Notes: generated by a model from the sequence alone, not told the origin. Positions 41,262 to 55,189 are shown, counted from the whole stretch's first letter. The stretch is 63,333 bases of DNA, filler included, from Octopus bimaculoides (GCF_001194135.2; 7 parts of 6 records of this genome joined end to end with filler, not necessarily neighbours in it), one strand, 5' to 3'. Translations and numbers: made by a program.

Positions 41262-41973
41262 NNNNNNNNNNTGTGTGTGTGTGTATCTGTGTGTCTGTTT
41301 GTCTGTGTCTGTGTCCGGTTTATTTCTTTTGTGGAAATTGTAAGGTAGTATAATGCCAGTCATAATAATATCATCAATGCTATTAAAATTTCTGTCTTTC
41401 ACTGGTAGATTGATTTTGTTGTGAGTACTAATTCTGAGGAGTTATGCGGTCAATGGCGTGTGTTTGAAGAAAACAGACGAGTAACAGTATATTAAATAGC
41501 ACACAAGTCAATTACTTCAAAAAACTTTCTAATTGTTGAGGTCTGTGTTTGTGAGGACAGTGGTACTAATGTTACCAAAGCGCGTCACATTGTTTCTCTG
41601 TTTTTTTTTATTGACAAAGAAAGGCCTAAACATATAGAAGTCATCTTGCTTATCTTTCAAACCCTCCATTCTACCTCCAAAAATCTTATGGAATAGACTT
41701 GTCCTACGCGCCTACGAAACTTTCAGTAATATCGATCAACGTCTTATTAAGTCGATCTTTTTTTAAGTGCATGTAACGCTGACCAAATGTATTGAGTGCT
41801 GAATTACTTCATTTGTTCACTAACACACGTACATAAAATACGCACTCACACACACATACACATGTATATACACTGCTGCCAGAGGTATTTGAGGATGACT
41901 TGCACTTTCATAAAACTCTAATATAGCAAAACGAAATGTTTTGATGATGATGATGACGATGATGACAACGACG

Positions 41974-42005
<32 letters not shown>

Positions 42006-42060
42006 AATAATAATGATGATAATAATAATAATGATAATAATAATGATGATGATGATGATG

Positions 42061-42297
42061 GTGAGCAGTTGTGGACACTGAAAATAAGTGCCGGGAACAG
42101 CAAGTGAAAATCTTGAGAAGTACATGGAATAAATAGGGGTTGCAATAAGGGTGGAACACTTGCAGAACACAGCACTTCTTGGAACCGCTCGAATACTCCG
42201 GATGGTGCTCGAAATAGGAAGGGTGTTATCTTAGTTCACTGGAAGTGAACAGGTGACACCGTAGTGCATATCTGGCGTTAGATGCTGTGCAAAATAA

Positions 42298-42365
<68 letters not shown>

Positions 42366-42390
42366 TAATAATAATAATAGTAATAATAGA
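42061..42390 (+). mobile_element. R4/Dong-type element 3' end with (AAT)n tail
   Basis: GTASENLEKYME*IGVAIRVEHLQNTALLGTARILRMVLE, a short 3' UTR, then (AAT)n. Confidence 0.75.
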
Positions 42391-42700
42391 ACAAGATCGA
42401 CGCCTTCCCTCCAGAAATTACCAAAATCCTGCAATGAAAAGAAATACAAGTAACTGCAGAGTATGTGGAGATGGAGAAGAAACAATAAGTTATATTGTCT
42501 CTGGCTACCTATTCCTGGCTAAGAAGGAATATATTCACAGACACGACATAGCTGGGACTTATATACACTGGCAGCTATGCCAACACTATGGAGTAACAAC
42601 TAAAAACTGAAAATATAGTAAAAATAAGAGCATCAGAGCAAACCACAGCACATACCCAAGGCACACAGAGCTGTCCTTGGTAGTGAAGTGAAAGCTCGTG

Positions 42701-42750
<50 letters not shown>
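42391..42750 (+). mobile_element. Internally deleted R4/Dong-type element (zinc-knuckle region plus 3' end) between TAA arrays
   Basis: CRVCGDGEETISYIVSGYLFLAKKEYIHRHDIAGTYIHWQLCQHYG (degenerate CCHC), then ~90 nt and (TAA)n. Confidence 0.8.
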
Positions 42751-42751
<1 letters not shown>

Positions 42752-43171
42752 GTGTAAAGTATTAATATAAAGGAACTCTTTAATATAATGATTATTGACA
42801 AATCGATTGGCGAGGTTAAGAATGTGATGATTACATGAAGAAGATTGCTAATATGATGTTTTGCAGAGAGAAAAAGAAAAAAACAGAAATCAAGGAATAC
42901 AGGATACATATCGAATGCATGAATCTTTTTGTTCAACGAAGCCCATTCTTACTTTTATTGATGTTGTTGTTGTTGTTGTTGCTTTCGCTGGATTTGTTGC
43001 TTAAAATCTCGGCAGCAACGAAATTAAAACCAAAACTTTCCCATCAATATAATAAATCATTTATCACGGCAAATTCATCAGTTTTTCTTAGATTTACAAC
43101 TCCTCTCTTTGCCTCTCACAATTTCACTCAATCCATCCATCTATCCGTCTATCTGTCTGTCTGCCTGTCTG

Positions 43172-43229
<58 letters not shown>

Positions 43230-44204
43230 GATCTATCTATCTATCTTATCTATCTATCTGTTCGTCTGTCCGTATCTCTGTTTGTCTGTCTGTCAGTTTA
43301 AATTCCGTTTTTGAAAGCAGGCTACACGGACCATAAACCCAAAAACGATACCGTCAACTTAAAACAGTTCAATAAATAGGGACCTAGCTACTGGGAGCTG
43401 AACCGATTTTGTTGCAGAAAGATTTCAGAAACCGGATCTAGTTAAAAGGGAACCGACAGATTTCATACTCTACAACATTTGCGTTGGGGAAAGAGGTCAT
43501 GGATAAAGCGAAAAAGTTAGAATATTACATCGGTTAGATATTTGCAGAGAATAACCAAACGGAAAGAATTAACCGATTAGAAGAGGTTCGTAGAAGGGGT
43601 GTCACGAATGATGTTCTAGCGGCGAGAATGTCCCTCAACTAAATACATAAGGTTTTGAGTGTAAACCTCGATCAGGTTATTTCTCCAATCCAAAGTCGAT
43701 AAAATAATTACCAGGGAATAAAATATGTACTGGGATTATTCTAATCGACGATACCCTAAAAAGTAGTGCCCCAGTTTGGCCATACCTCTGAAACCATGTG
43801 AACGGAGTAAAATGGCTGCGAACAGAATTTGCAACTGGATGCTATAGCTACAAACTCTTATTTTCATACATAGATTAAAGCCTCAGGTTTATTACGAAAT
43901 GTTAAACGAGATGCTGTGACGTTCATACTGTCTCCAGAATAAACAGAAATATCGCGAAAGGGTTATTGAAACAGATTTGCATTCTAAGAAATGAATACAA
44001 ATGTAGAAAAGGAAATAAATAAAAGGAAAACGACGCAAAGATTGTAGGCAGCTGTTATAGAAGTGTGCTGAGTGACATGTAATGATGGAGTTAAAAGCAA
44101 GATGAGGCTTTTAAATCTAAGTAATACATTTGAAATTAGTGCAATGCAAGATCGACCTTTGATTAAGATGAAGGATGACTAAGCATAATAAACACGCGTA
44201 TGGA

Positions 44205-44271
<67 letters not shown>

Positions 44272-44602
44272 GTGTGTGTGTGTGTGTGTGAGTGTCTGTA
44301 AGTATATGCATGCATACAACCGTACATACATATACACATATGCAAGTATGTTCTTACATACATACATACACACATACATATTCATATATATATGCACACA
44401 CGTATTTACAAAAATATACATTTTGGTGTCTATGCGATATAAATGAAAGAGAATCTGTCAGGTACAATATGGGAAATGAGACAGGCGTATGCCAGATTCC
44501 ATAAATGAGTCACGAAGGAAGAGACAACATGTATTTCACGTTAACACATACACCAACACGCATACACGCAAACACACACACATAGGCGTATGTATGTATA
44601 CG

Positions 44603-44638
<36 letters not shown>

Positions 44639-45085
44639 TATATATACGCATACTACATATCCGTATATATATGCATTATATATATNNNNNNNNNNNNNNN
44701 NNNNNNNNNNNNNNNNNNNNNNNNNNNNNNNNNNNNGTCTACCTGTATATATAGGTGCATATCTGGGTACAGGACATTGCAAACAAAACGTAGACAAGAA
44801 AATAATAATAACCATGGTACAGAATACACACAAGCCACATAGAGAACATTTTCCTTCATCAGCTACCCCCATTTTAACACCGGCGTTTCGAAGAGTTGGG
44901 CAGGACGCATCGTTAAAATGACTCTTCCCATGGACCGCAAATTAAATTTGTATACACAAATTAAACCTGTGCCATGGAGGAAAGTAGTGGCGGACAAAAA
45001 CAAGACAGGAAAACAAACGGAAAACCCCCCCCGCAAAACATAGACTTTTATCTGGTTAAGAAGATAGTAGAAAATGGTCACTTAC

Positions 45086-45199
45086 CCAGGTGAATCCCAA
45101 ACAATTAATGGCATCGGCAATCATTTCTGCCAGCAGAGACGGGAAGGAATTCAAAGCCGGGAAGTAAGCGTGCATGTGAGGACTTTGCCAATGCGTGAT
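45086..45199 (-). CDS. HDC: Histidine decarboxylase internal exon (114 nt, phase 0-0), equivalent to vertebrate HDC exon 3
   Basis: Minus strand reads cttttag|ATCACGCATTGG...TTCACCTGG|gtaagt and translates [45 protein letters not shown] and INCLGFTW are HDC-type rather than DDC/TDC-type motifs (recalled family sequences). Not in the ORF track. Confidence 0.96.
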
Positions 45200-45691
45200 C
45201 TAAAAGTAGAAATAAAATGTGCAGTTAGCCATTTGAGTGCTCTACCATTGGCTTATCTGAAGACATAATAGAACGGTGGGGGTCACCTTACTTGTAGAGA
45301 CATATATGCGTGAAGATTTCAACTGTAATAAACTTCGGGTTTAGTGGTAGGTTACTAAAAATGTCATTCTGTATACAAAATTTTTCGATTCTGGAGAACA
45401 AATTCAGCAGATATGTAGAGAATGGTTTTGCAGATAACGGGAGAGAAAATCTTGATTCTGTTATTTTCCATACGTTACATTCTGCAAAAGCTTCAGCTAA
45501 CAAAACCTCTTTGCAAACATTCCTGTCTGTTCAAGAAGATATTGATGTTCGTAGACGACCAGAGACTGTCTCTGTTGGACTACATGTGGACAAAAGCCCA
45601 GATGACGAACATTCTGGAAGGTATTACTACACCCTCACCCCCGTACAGGAACACATGTATATACGCAAACGTGTAAACATACACATTTACT

Positions 45692-45840
45692 CTTTTACTC
45701 TTTACTCTCTTTTACTTGTTTCAGTCATTTGACTGTGGCCATGCTGGAGCACCGCCTTTTTTTTTAGTCGAGCTAATCGACCCCAGGACTTATTCTTTGT
45801 AAGCCTAGTACTTATTCTATCAGTCTCTTTAGCCGAACCA
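45692..45840 (-). mobile_element. 3' module of SINE family B; further copies near 722-790, 40418-40475, 49030-49080, 51705-51912 and 57108-57335
   Basis: TTACTCTTTTACTTGTTTCAGTCATTTGACTGTGGCCATGCTGGAGCACCGCC, whose reverse complement is a (GAGTAAAA)n-like tail. Confidence 0.85.
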
Positions 45841-46641
45841 CAAAAAGAAAAAAACCACAAAACAAAAAAAAAATTAAGAAAAGTTGGATCAGCAAAAGAA
45901 GTTTATGAAAAATCGTTTGAAAAACATTATCAAACAAAAATCGAGAGCGCAACGCAACACTCGGGTTCAGGTATTGAAACCACGAACGCTAGATCGCGAG
46001 TGCGACACACTCACCACCAGGCCCCGCGGCCACGCACAAAACAAATATAAATATTCTGGCTGTACAGATATGTGTGTGTAGCACAAAATAAACTCTAACA
46101 CATCCCAAAATGCACAGAACAACATAAGAATGAATATATACACATACACACACGCGAGTATCGAACTCAAACATACTTATCAGCCCACATCAATTCACGC
46201 ACAGAGACACCAACACACACACACACACGCACACACACACATACACACACACACACATACACATACCATGAAACATTCTTAGACATACACACACGTACGC
46301 ATACACACATACGTACTTAACACACATGCACACACACACACACACATACACACCAAGCGCATACACATACTCATATACACTAACACACACGTCACAACGC
46401 ATCTTCATACAAACTCACACATACACACACACATTTGGATGAAATCAGATCTGGTAGACATCTTGACTTGTTATGGTTGAAAGATTTTGATTAATTTCTT
46501 AAAATTATCTTTTCCCATAATCCTTGTGGATTACTAAGTGTATGGCAACGCACCAAACCAGGTATCTATGTGCGTGTGTGTGTGTTCATGTGCATATGCA
46601 TGTTTAAATGTATATGTATATATATATATATGTGTGTATGT

Positions 46642-46734
<93 letters not shown>

Positions 46735-47227
46735 TGGATCAAAAACGCAATAGAGGGCATTAAAACGTTTGGACAGATAGACAACACTAAGGCAGACAAG
46801 AGAAACAACAATTAGAAGGACAGGCAAAAAAAAAGACGGGTTATTCTTGGCTTTCTTTCATCAGTCAAGTACCAGAAGTCATGACCATTTCGGCCAGTTA
46901 CACTTGAGATGCTTCGATCTGGTTGCTCCCGCCCCCNNNNNNNNNNNNNNNNNNNNNNNNNNNNNNNNNNNNNNNNNNNNNNNNNNNNNNNNNNNNNNNN
47001 NNNNNNNNNNNNNNNNNNNNNNNNNNNNNNNNNNNNNNNNNNNNNNNNNNNNNNNNNNNNNNNNNNNNNNNNNNNNNNNNNNNNNNNNNNNNNNNNNNNN
47101 NNNNNNNNNNNNNNNNNNNNNNNNNNNNNNNNNNNNNNNNNNNNNNNNNNNNNNNNNNNNNNNNNNNNNNNNNNNNNNNNNNNNNNNNNNNNNNNNNNNN
47201 NNNNNNNNNNNNNNNNNNNNNNNNNNN

Positions 47228-47297
<70 letters not shown>

Positions 47298-48589
47298 ATC
47301 AACCATTCTTCACACTCTCCTGTCCCAGAAAGCACTTTCTCTTTGTCCTTCTACTTCCGGTCATTTCAAAAATGTAACTACACGTGGACTGTTGGCAATT
47401 TTTTCCTCCTTCTTCCTTTTCTTTTGGACTTTCCTATGTTCTCAGCTGGAGGTCTCAATAGACATGCTAAGAGAGTACATATGGTGGCACCTGTGTATGT
47501 GTCTATACGTGTAAGTACACGTGCATATATATACACGTGCATGTATATACACGGGTATGTATGTATGTATGTATGTATGAATAAAAATGCGCGCGTTTAT
47601 GAAATATTTCTTCCAGACTGATCCAAAAATTATTTTTAAAATCTATTGATTTTGTGTAAGAAATTCTTCTACCACAACCACTACTACTACTACTACTACT
47701 GCTCCCACCACCATCACCATCATCATCATCATCATCATCATCAATATCATCATCATCATCCCTGTCATATTCCCTCGCTGTTATGTCCGCTCCCTCACTT
47801 CCGCCCCCGCACTTACTTATCTCTACAATATTTCCACCATATTGTTTATTGTTTTCGTTTGTTTTCTCGACACGGTAACTGGATTCTGAATTTATTAATC
47901 TTGTAATCCTTTCATTTTATGGATGAACAAATCTCCATCAACTCTCAACCCCCCACCCCACCCCATCTATGCAACACCACTCCGTCGCTCGGTAACAATC
48001 CGCCCCCCCNNNNNNNNNNNNNNNNNNNNNNNNNNNNNNNNNNNNNNNNNNNNNNNNNNNNNNNNNNNNNNNNNNNNNNNNNNNNNNNNNNNNNNNNNNN
48101 NNNNNNNNNNNNNNNNNNNNNNNNNNNNNNNNNNNNNNNNNNNNNNNNNNNNNNNNNNNNNNNNNNNNNNNNNNNNNNNNNNNNNNNNNNNNNNNNNNNN
48201 NNNNNNNNNNNNNNNNNNNNNNNNNNNNNNNNNNNNNNNNNNNNNNNNNNNNNNNNNNNNNNNNNNNNNNNNNNNNNNNNNNNNNNNNNNNNNNNNNNNN
48301 NNNNNNNNNNNNNNNNNNNNNNNNNNNNNNNNNNNNNNNNNNNNNNNNNNNNNNNNNNNNNNNNNNNNNNNNNNNNNNNNNNNNNNNNNNNNNNNNNNNN
48401 NNNNNNNNNNNNNNNNNNNNNNNNNNNNNNNNNNNNNNNNNNNNNNNNNNNNNNNNNNNNNNNNNNNNNNNNNNNNNNNNNNNNNNNNNNNNNNNNNNNN
48501 NNNNNNNNNNNNNNNNNNNNNNNTATGTATGTATATATTTATTTATTTATAACCTATATAATTGATATATGAAGCAGGCCAATTAAGCT

Positions 48590-48990
48590 ATTTCTCCGTA
48601 GATTGAAAAAAAGGGCGGACATCGTGAAGGATTGGGTTCTGATCAGAGGTGAAAAAATGGTAGATTCCGAGGGATCTAGCAATCAACTGTGGGATTGAAA
48701 GCTATACCAATCACCGGACCGGACGCCATTGCATACACCCAAAAGTCCTGTCCACTCCGTCCAGAAGAAGGATTCAATACTGTAACAGTTTAGGGTTCAA
48801 AGGTCTATGACCTTTCAACACCTTATCAAAAGGCCTCAGGGAACTACGAGGAGTGTTATATGGATATGTTCAAAACAACTGAAGCAAACTGATTGACCAG
48901 ATGAAGCAACATTACGATAGGAAACACAGAGGAGGGCAGCTCTGTAGAAACTCATTTCTTTGCCAAGACCGATTCCGGAGACAGGGTCAA
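48590..48990 (+). mobile_element. CR1/L2-group LINE 3' relic
   Basis: IESYTNHRTGRHCIHPKVLSTPSRRRIQYCNSLGFKG..FNTL resembles CR1-group ORF2 C-termini. Confidence 0.55.
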
Positions 48991-49694
48991 GAAGTGAATC
49001 TAAAATAAACAAACATTTACGCTTATGGCGGCGCACCAGCATGGCTGCTATATCTTACTGAAATCAGTAAAAGAATCAAAAAATAAGCAAGCTTGTAGAT
49101 GTGAAGGTCTTATATTGTGGAGAACAGATTGGAGTGTCCGAGAGCTGCAGCTACCGTGAACTGTATGAAAGGGATGTGAACTAACTCCCTTTCTCACTAT
49201 AACCTTTATTTATCACAACTACGAACCCTATTGAAGCATTCTATCACTTCCTGCACACCACCACAACCACGTCAGCCATCACGGTACCCCATCAACATCG
49301 CCATCACGGTACCCCATCAACCACAACAACCAGCAATCAGTACCATAAGTAGTCCAATCACCACCTCCAATGCTACCAATAACATCATATGCACCACTAC
49401 CACAACCATCCCCAACACCGCCATCCCCAATACTTATGCTGGTGGTGGTAGTTGTGGTAGAACACGTGACCTTCCTTTCTAAATGGGAAGCTGCGACCAA
49501 TTAACAACATTAAACGTCCATCATCCAATTATTTAGGAGCCACTTAATGTCCACCTTTACTTATCGCCTTCTTAATTACTCTTCTAATTGTTCTTTGGAC
49601 TTCGCACGCAGAGACATACACAAACGCCCGCCCACGTTTACACGACCACCCCCCACACACATTATTCAGTATGAAATTCCTACGTACACACTTC

Positions 49695-49752
<58 letters not shown>

Positions 49753-49851
49753 CATCCATCTATCTGTCTGTCTGTCTGTCTGTCTGACTGACTGCCTGTC
49801 TATCTGTCTGTTTGTCTATTTCTGTGATACCCTTTCTTTCCGTATATAGTA

Positions 49852-49903
<52 letters not shown>

Positions 49904-50595
49904 TACACACGAGCGATGTGAATGGACGAGGAAGCTATGGAAGCAGAAATAAGGCAAGTGTTAAACTCTGTTGTCCATTGAATGTGTCAGAACTGAAGTG
50001 ACCGATGTCCAGCTCAATTAGAAGCTGCTGACCTATCGAGGTCACTCTCTCAATCAACGCCGCACTCTCCCCGACCCCAATCCTCTCACCACTTCTTTTT
50101 CTCCATCTCAAATCATATCGACACTTTCTAGTACCCGGATCACACACATGCGCACACATTCACACACACGCACACATGCATATATACACATGCACAAACA
50201 TACACTGAGGTACACGTGCATATACACACACACACACATGCATATGTATGTATGAATGTATGCATGTATGTATGTTGGTATGCGTGTGTGCGTGTGTATA
50301 TGTGCTTGCACACTCTTATGCATGCACATATATACAGACACATACAAGTAACTAGATGCACACTTACAGGTGTAGATACTCGAGTGCAGAGACAGAGACA
50401 TTTACATACAACAAAACGCACACACACACAGTCACTATACACTTACAAATATTGACATACACTTGTTCCAACACACACATACACATACTCACATATACTT
50501 GCACACGCATTCACACATTCGCTCTAATATCAATAGTTTCGCAAGTAAAGTTAGTTTTAATAGCATAAATATATATTCACAACTGTTTCTATCAA

Positions 50596-50941
50596 TCAAT
50601 CAATCAACGTCACCATCGTGGGACGCGGGAGCGACGGACCGGTTAAATTGCTCGGAGTCTGGTTCGATCCGGACCTCGAAATGGAGAAGAACTGGGTCAA
50701 GACAGCGACTAGGGTGGCGACTCTCACCCAGCAATGGGCCGAGAGGAAGCTATCCCTAAAAGGTCGGGCGGAGGTGGCGAACGCGTACATCGCATCCGTC
50801 ATCGATTACCGTCTGACCGTTGTGCCTTGTCCCGCTCCTACCATCACCAAACTGGAACGCATTGGTTAGGCAATCCATCTGCTGTAAACACCCGCTAAAT
50901 GGAGGGCTAGGCATGCCGTGGTTGACGATGCACAGTCATGC
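50596..50941 (+). mobile_element. Tx1/L1-clade LINE ORF2 fragment, truncated by a gap
   Basis: GPVKLLGVWF...WAERKLSLKGRAEVANAYIASVIDYRLTVVPCP...HPLNGGLGMP. Confidence 0.85.
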
Positions 50942-51362
50942 NNNNNNNNNNNNNNNNNNNNNNNNNNNNNNNNNNNNNNNNNNNNNNNNNNNNNNNNNNN
51001 NNNNNNNNNNNNNNNNNNNNNNNNNNNNNNNNNNNNNNNNNNNNNNNNNNNNNNNNNNNNNNNNNNNNNNNNNNNNNNNNNNNNNNNNNNNNNNNNNNNN
51101 NNNNNNNNNNNNNNNNNNNNNNNNNNNNNNNNNNNNNNNNNNNNNNNNNNNNNNNNNNNNNNNNNNNNNNNNNNNNNNNNNNNNNNNNNNNNNNNNNNNN
51201 NNNNNNNNNNNNNNNNNNNNNNNNNNNNNNNNNNNNNNNNNNNNNNNNNNNNNNNNNNNNNNNNNNNNNNNNNNNNNNNNNNNNNNNNNNNNNGTGCCTA
51301 TAGTAGAAAAGATCATCATCATCATCATCATCATCATCGTCACCATCATCATCTTCATCATT

Positions 51363-51402
<40 letters not shown>

Positions 51403-52034
51403 AGTCACATACCTCACATCTGTACTATGGCTAACGACCCGACCGTATATAAATCACATGACCTCTAAAACCGTTAGTTGATTGGCTGTTTGACCTGTCT
51501 TAGGTATATATTCCCTACACCACCCAAATTTGCATATTTGACGTCGATGTTGGTAATTAGCTCATTTGTAAGCGATCTAATGAGGGAGCCTGTACATAGA
51601 CACCCAACCTGCAGGAAAGAACAACTAAATCTTCTCCCAAACCACCACATGCTGCTACCTTAATAAAAAAGAACACATTTGATAGTGTAGTCCAAGGTAA
51701 TCTTTTATCTTTTACTTGTGTCAGTCATTTGACTGTGGCCATGTTGGAGCACCGCCTCTAGTCGAACACATCGACCCAAGGACCTATTCTTTGGAAGCTT
51801 AGCACTTATTCTATTAGTCAATTTTGCCGAACGGCTAGGTTACGGGGACGTAAACACACCAACATCGTTTGTCAAGTGATGGTAGGGGGACAAACACAAA
51901 CACACCAATACAAATATATATATATATATATATANNNNNNNNNNNNNNNNNNNNNNNNNNNNNNNNNNNNNNNNNNNNTTAATTAATTAANNNNNNNNNN
52001 NNNNNNNNNNNNNNNNNNNNNNNNNNNNNNNNNN

Positions 52035-52662
52035 AACCAACACTGGTTGTCAGGCGGTCTGGGTATGGAAAAACAAGCACACACAGACACACATGCACAC
52101 ACACATACACACACACGATGGCTTCTTTTAGTTTCCGTCAACCACTCACAAGGTTTTGGTCAACCCGAGGCTACAGTAGAAGACACTTGTCCAAGGTGTC
52201 ACGCAGTGGGACTGAACCCGAAACCATGTGATTGGGGATCGAGCTTCTCATTACACAGCCAACCCCTGCGCCTATATACATAAATGTAGATCTGTGTGCG
52301 TATGTATATAGGCGCAGGAATGACTATGTGGTAAGTAGCTTGCTTATCAACCACATGGTCCCGGGTTCAGTCCCACTGCGTGGCACCTTGGGCAAGTGTT
52401 TCCTACTATAGCCTCGGGCCGACCAAAGCCTTGTAAGTGGATTTGGGAGACGGAAACTGAAAGAAGCCCGTCGTATATATATATGTATGTATACTCATAT
52501 ACGACAGGCTTCCACACAGTTTCTATCAATTAAGCTCACCACTGACAAGGCATTAAATAGGCCTCGGGCAATTGTAGAAGGCACTTGCCCAAGATGCCGC
52601 GTAGTGGGGCTGAACTCGAAACCTCGTGTTTGCCAAGCGAGATTGTTAACGTCACAGCCACG
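52035..52662. mobile_element. Three SINE family B copies in alternating orientation (minus 52035-52272, plus 52311-52474, minus 52501-52662)
   Basis: GGCGCAGGAATGACTATGTGGTAAGTAGCTTGC...GAAAGAAGCCCGTCG on plus, flanked by reverse-complement copies. Confidence 0.88.
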
Positions 52663-52990
52663 TATCTGCTATTTTGAATCTTTCCTTGTTGCTTAAGATG
52701 TTATGGTGTGATTTGAGAGTGATTTGGCTGCTATGTCTAGCACGTCGAACAACCGTGCAGACCCTTCCAGCTTAGCTAGGATATGTATGACGTGGGTGCG
52801 CGTGCGCGTGCCTACCTAAGTGGTTGGTTTTGCGCGTGTGTATGTGTGTGTGTATGGTTGTGTGTAAGTAGATGTATGACTGGATGCGAATGTGTGCGTG
52901 TGAGTGTGTGTGTGTATGTATTTGTTACAGTGTATGATCATGAGATTGTATGTGTCAGTTCTTTATATACATATACATATATATATATAT

Positions 52991-53058
<68 letters not shown>

Positions 53059-53435
53059 GCGTGTGTGTAAATAAGTCGAGTGTGTGTGTATTTATGTTGT
53101 ATGTGACTGTGACTTTCTAAGTAGGTACGTCTTTAAGTATGCATTTATATGTGTATGTATGTATGTATGTATGTATGTACAAGCCAAGTAATATATGTAT
53201 ATATATATACATGTGTATGTGTGTGTGTGTGTGTGTATACATACATACATACATACATGTATTATATATGTCTCTGTGACCTAATCTCCATTGTTTTCAG
53301 TATAATCTAGGAGTGTTCAAAAGCTATTTACTTAAATATAGAAATTCTCACTTGAGTCTAAGGAGGTCTCTCTCTCTCTCTCTTTCTTTCTTTCTCTCTC
53401 ACTCTCTCTTTTCCTCTTTTATTTCCCCCTTGCAA

Positions 53436-53472
<37 letters not shown>

Positions 53473-53565
53473 GTCTGTCTGTCTCCTTTGTTCGACACTG
53501 TCAATCTTATCAGTCGTCTGTCTGTTCCTACAAAACACATAGCTATACTGTATGTGTGTGTGTGC

Positions 53566-53610
<45 letters not shown>

Positions 53611-54295
53611 CATGCACACATACATATATACAGCTTATACAAGCGTGCGTGAACAAACGAAATACCAGTAGCACTCAGCATATTTAGTTACATGTATTTA
53701 ATGTGGAACTGTGTCAGTTATACACTCATACGTACATACATACGTACATACATACATATATACACACACACACACATATATATATATATAAATATATATA
53801 CACATATATATGTATATGTGTATATATAGTTAAGCTAATGCTTGTGAATGCACTGTTAAAAGCTCCTACGCTCCGCCCAATCGGCTACCACTTGTCACTC
53901 TCATCTCCCAGTGAAATCCGATGGACTGCTTCTTATGCAGGTGGAACTCTGAGCTAAGGAAAAAATATAACAATGATGGTAACTTGCGCATGGAAATTCA
54001 AAGGTTTTATCAACGCATCACAAAATATGTTTCTGCATCCCACATTTTCGTTAGTTAAAAAGCAGCCAACTCATTGGCGAGAAGTAGACCTATTAAATAC
54101 ATATTAGCATTTAATGACAATTTGATTTGGGTCCATGAACCTTAAGGTTTCGTTGGTTCATCACACATATCTTCTCAGGCTTGAAAATCGGTCTCCCATG
54201 CCTGAGGAGTTAGGCTCATCTGACGAGCCGACGAAAGTTTAAGCTGCATGGAACCGAACCAAACTGTTATTAAATAGCAATGTATGTGTATGTGT

Positions 54296-54332
<37 letters not shown>

Positions 54333-54555
54333 CGCGCATGCGTGTACAACACAGAGAATGAAGGCACATTATCAACGATTTCATAAACTACAAGTGTTTC
54401 AAATATATATATATACTAAGATCCCCGTTGACAGACCACTGGTATTTTCGGTATGCAAATTAGGCACTCCTTCATAGAGTAACTGCTGCATTTGTTTAGT
54501 ATATAAAACAGTTTGGCTACTTCTTTATCAGGAGACTGTCAGAATGATGTGGACG

Positions 54556-54596
54556 CCTCTGATGAGAACCCAATAAGGTTCGGGAATCGATTAAGG
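54556..54596 (+). ncRNA. Degenerate minimal type I hammerhead candidate
   Basis: CCT-CTGATGA-GAACC(CAATAA)GGTTC-GGGAATCGATT-A-AGG, with a palindromic AATCGATT stem III. The GAAA core is altered to GGGAA. Confidence 0.4.
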
Positions 54597-55189
54597 TTGT
54601 TCATAATCTTTTTCAGTCTGCGGAGAAATGGCCAAAACTTTCCCTGTTTATAATTATACCATATATTACATATATATATATATATATATATATAAAACAA
54701 TGCTCGTTATTGTTTTAGGAGATTAAAGATACATTTTAACTCTTTACAGTATACTTACATATATACATAATTCTATACATGGATCTAAAACAACAGGATT
54801 ACTAAAGGAAGTCCGGAATTCAAGAGAAGAGGAAACCATGATGTTCATTGAAGGTTTTTATTTCAGATATTCTCATTTTAAAAATCATCTCCGGCTAATC
54901 GTTGAGAGGACGTTGGTGTTGCGTTGGCGGAGGTTTGCACTCTCTGAGTGCTCCTGTTATCATTATTTCACTAATGTTTCAATTTATGATGCTACAACTG
55001 TTGGTGACAACTGGGAAAGCAAGGGCGTTTATGACAAGTATTTTATTCTCTCAGTTGACCTCTCCATTAAAGACAGCGATACCCCCAACATGACCAGAGT
55101 CCAATGTTTGAAACAAGTAAAAGATTCACGCAAAAACCCTCTGTGTGTGCGCGCGTGTATGTAACAAAAATATAAATGCTACCTTCTCG

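Noticed and set aside
28219-51934. Further HDC exons (equivalents of exon 2 and exon 5 onward)
   Set aside because: I searched the minus strand for IMPG, SDQ, AHSSVEK, DAAYAG and NPSKW and found none. They are presumably in gaps or off this segment.
54214-54245. Hammerhead at CTGACGA-GCCGAC-GAAA
   Set aside because: Stem II is 1 bp, there is no proper stem I, and a competing GGCTC/GAGCC hairpin sequesters the core.
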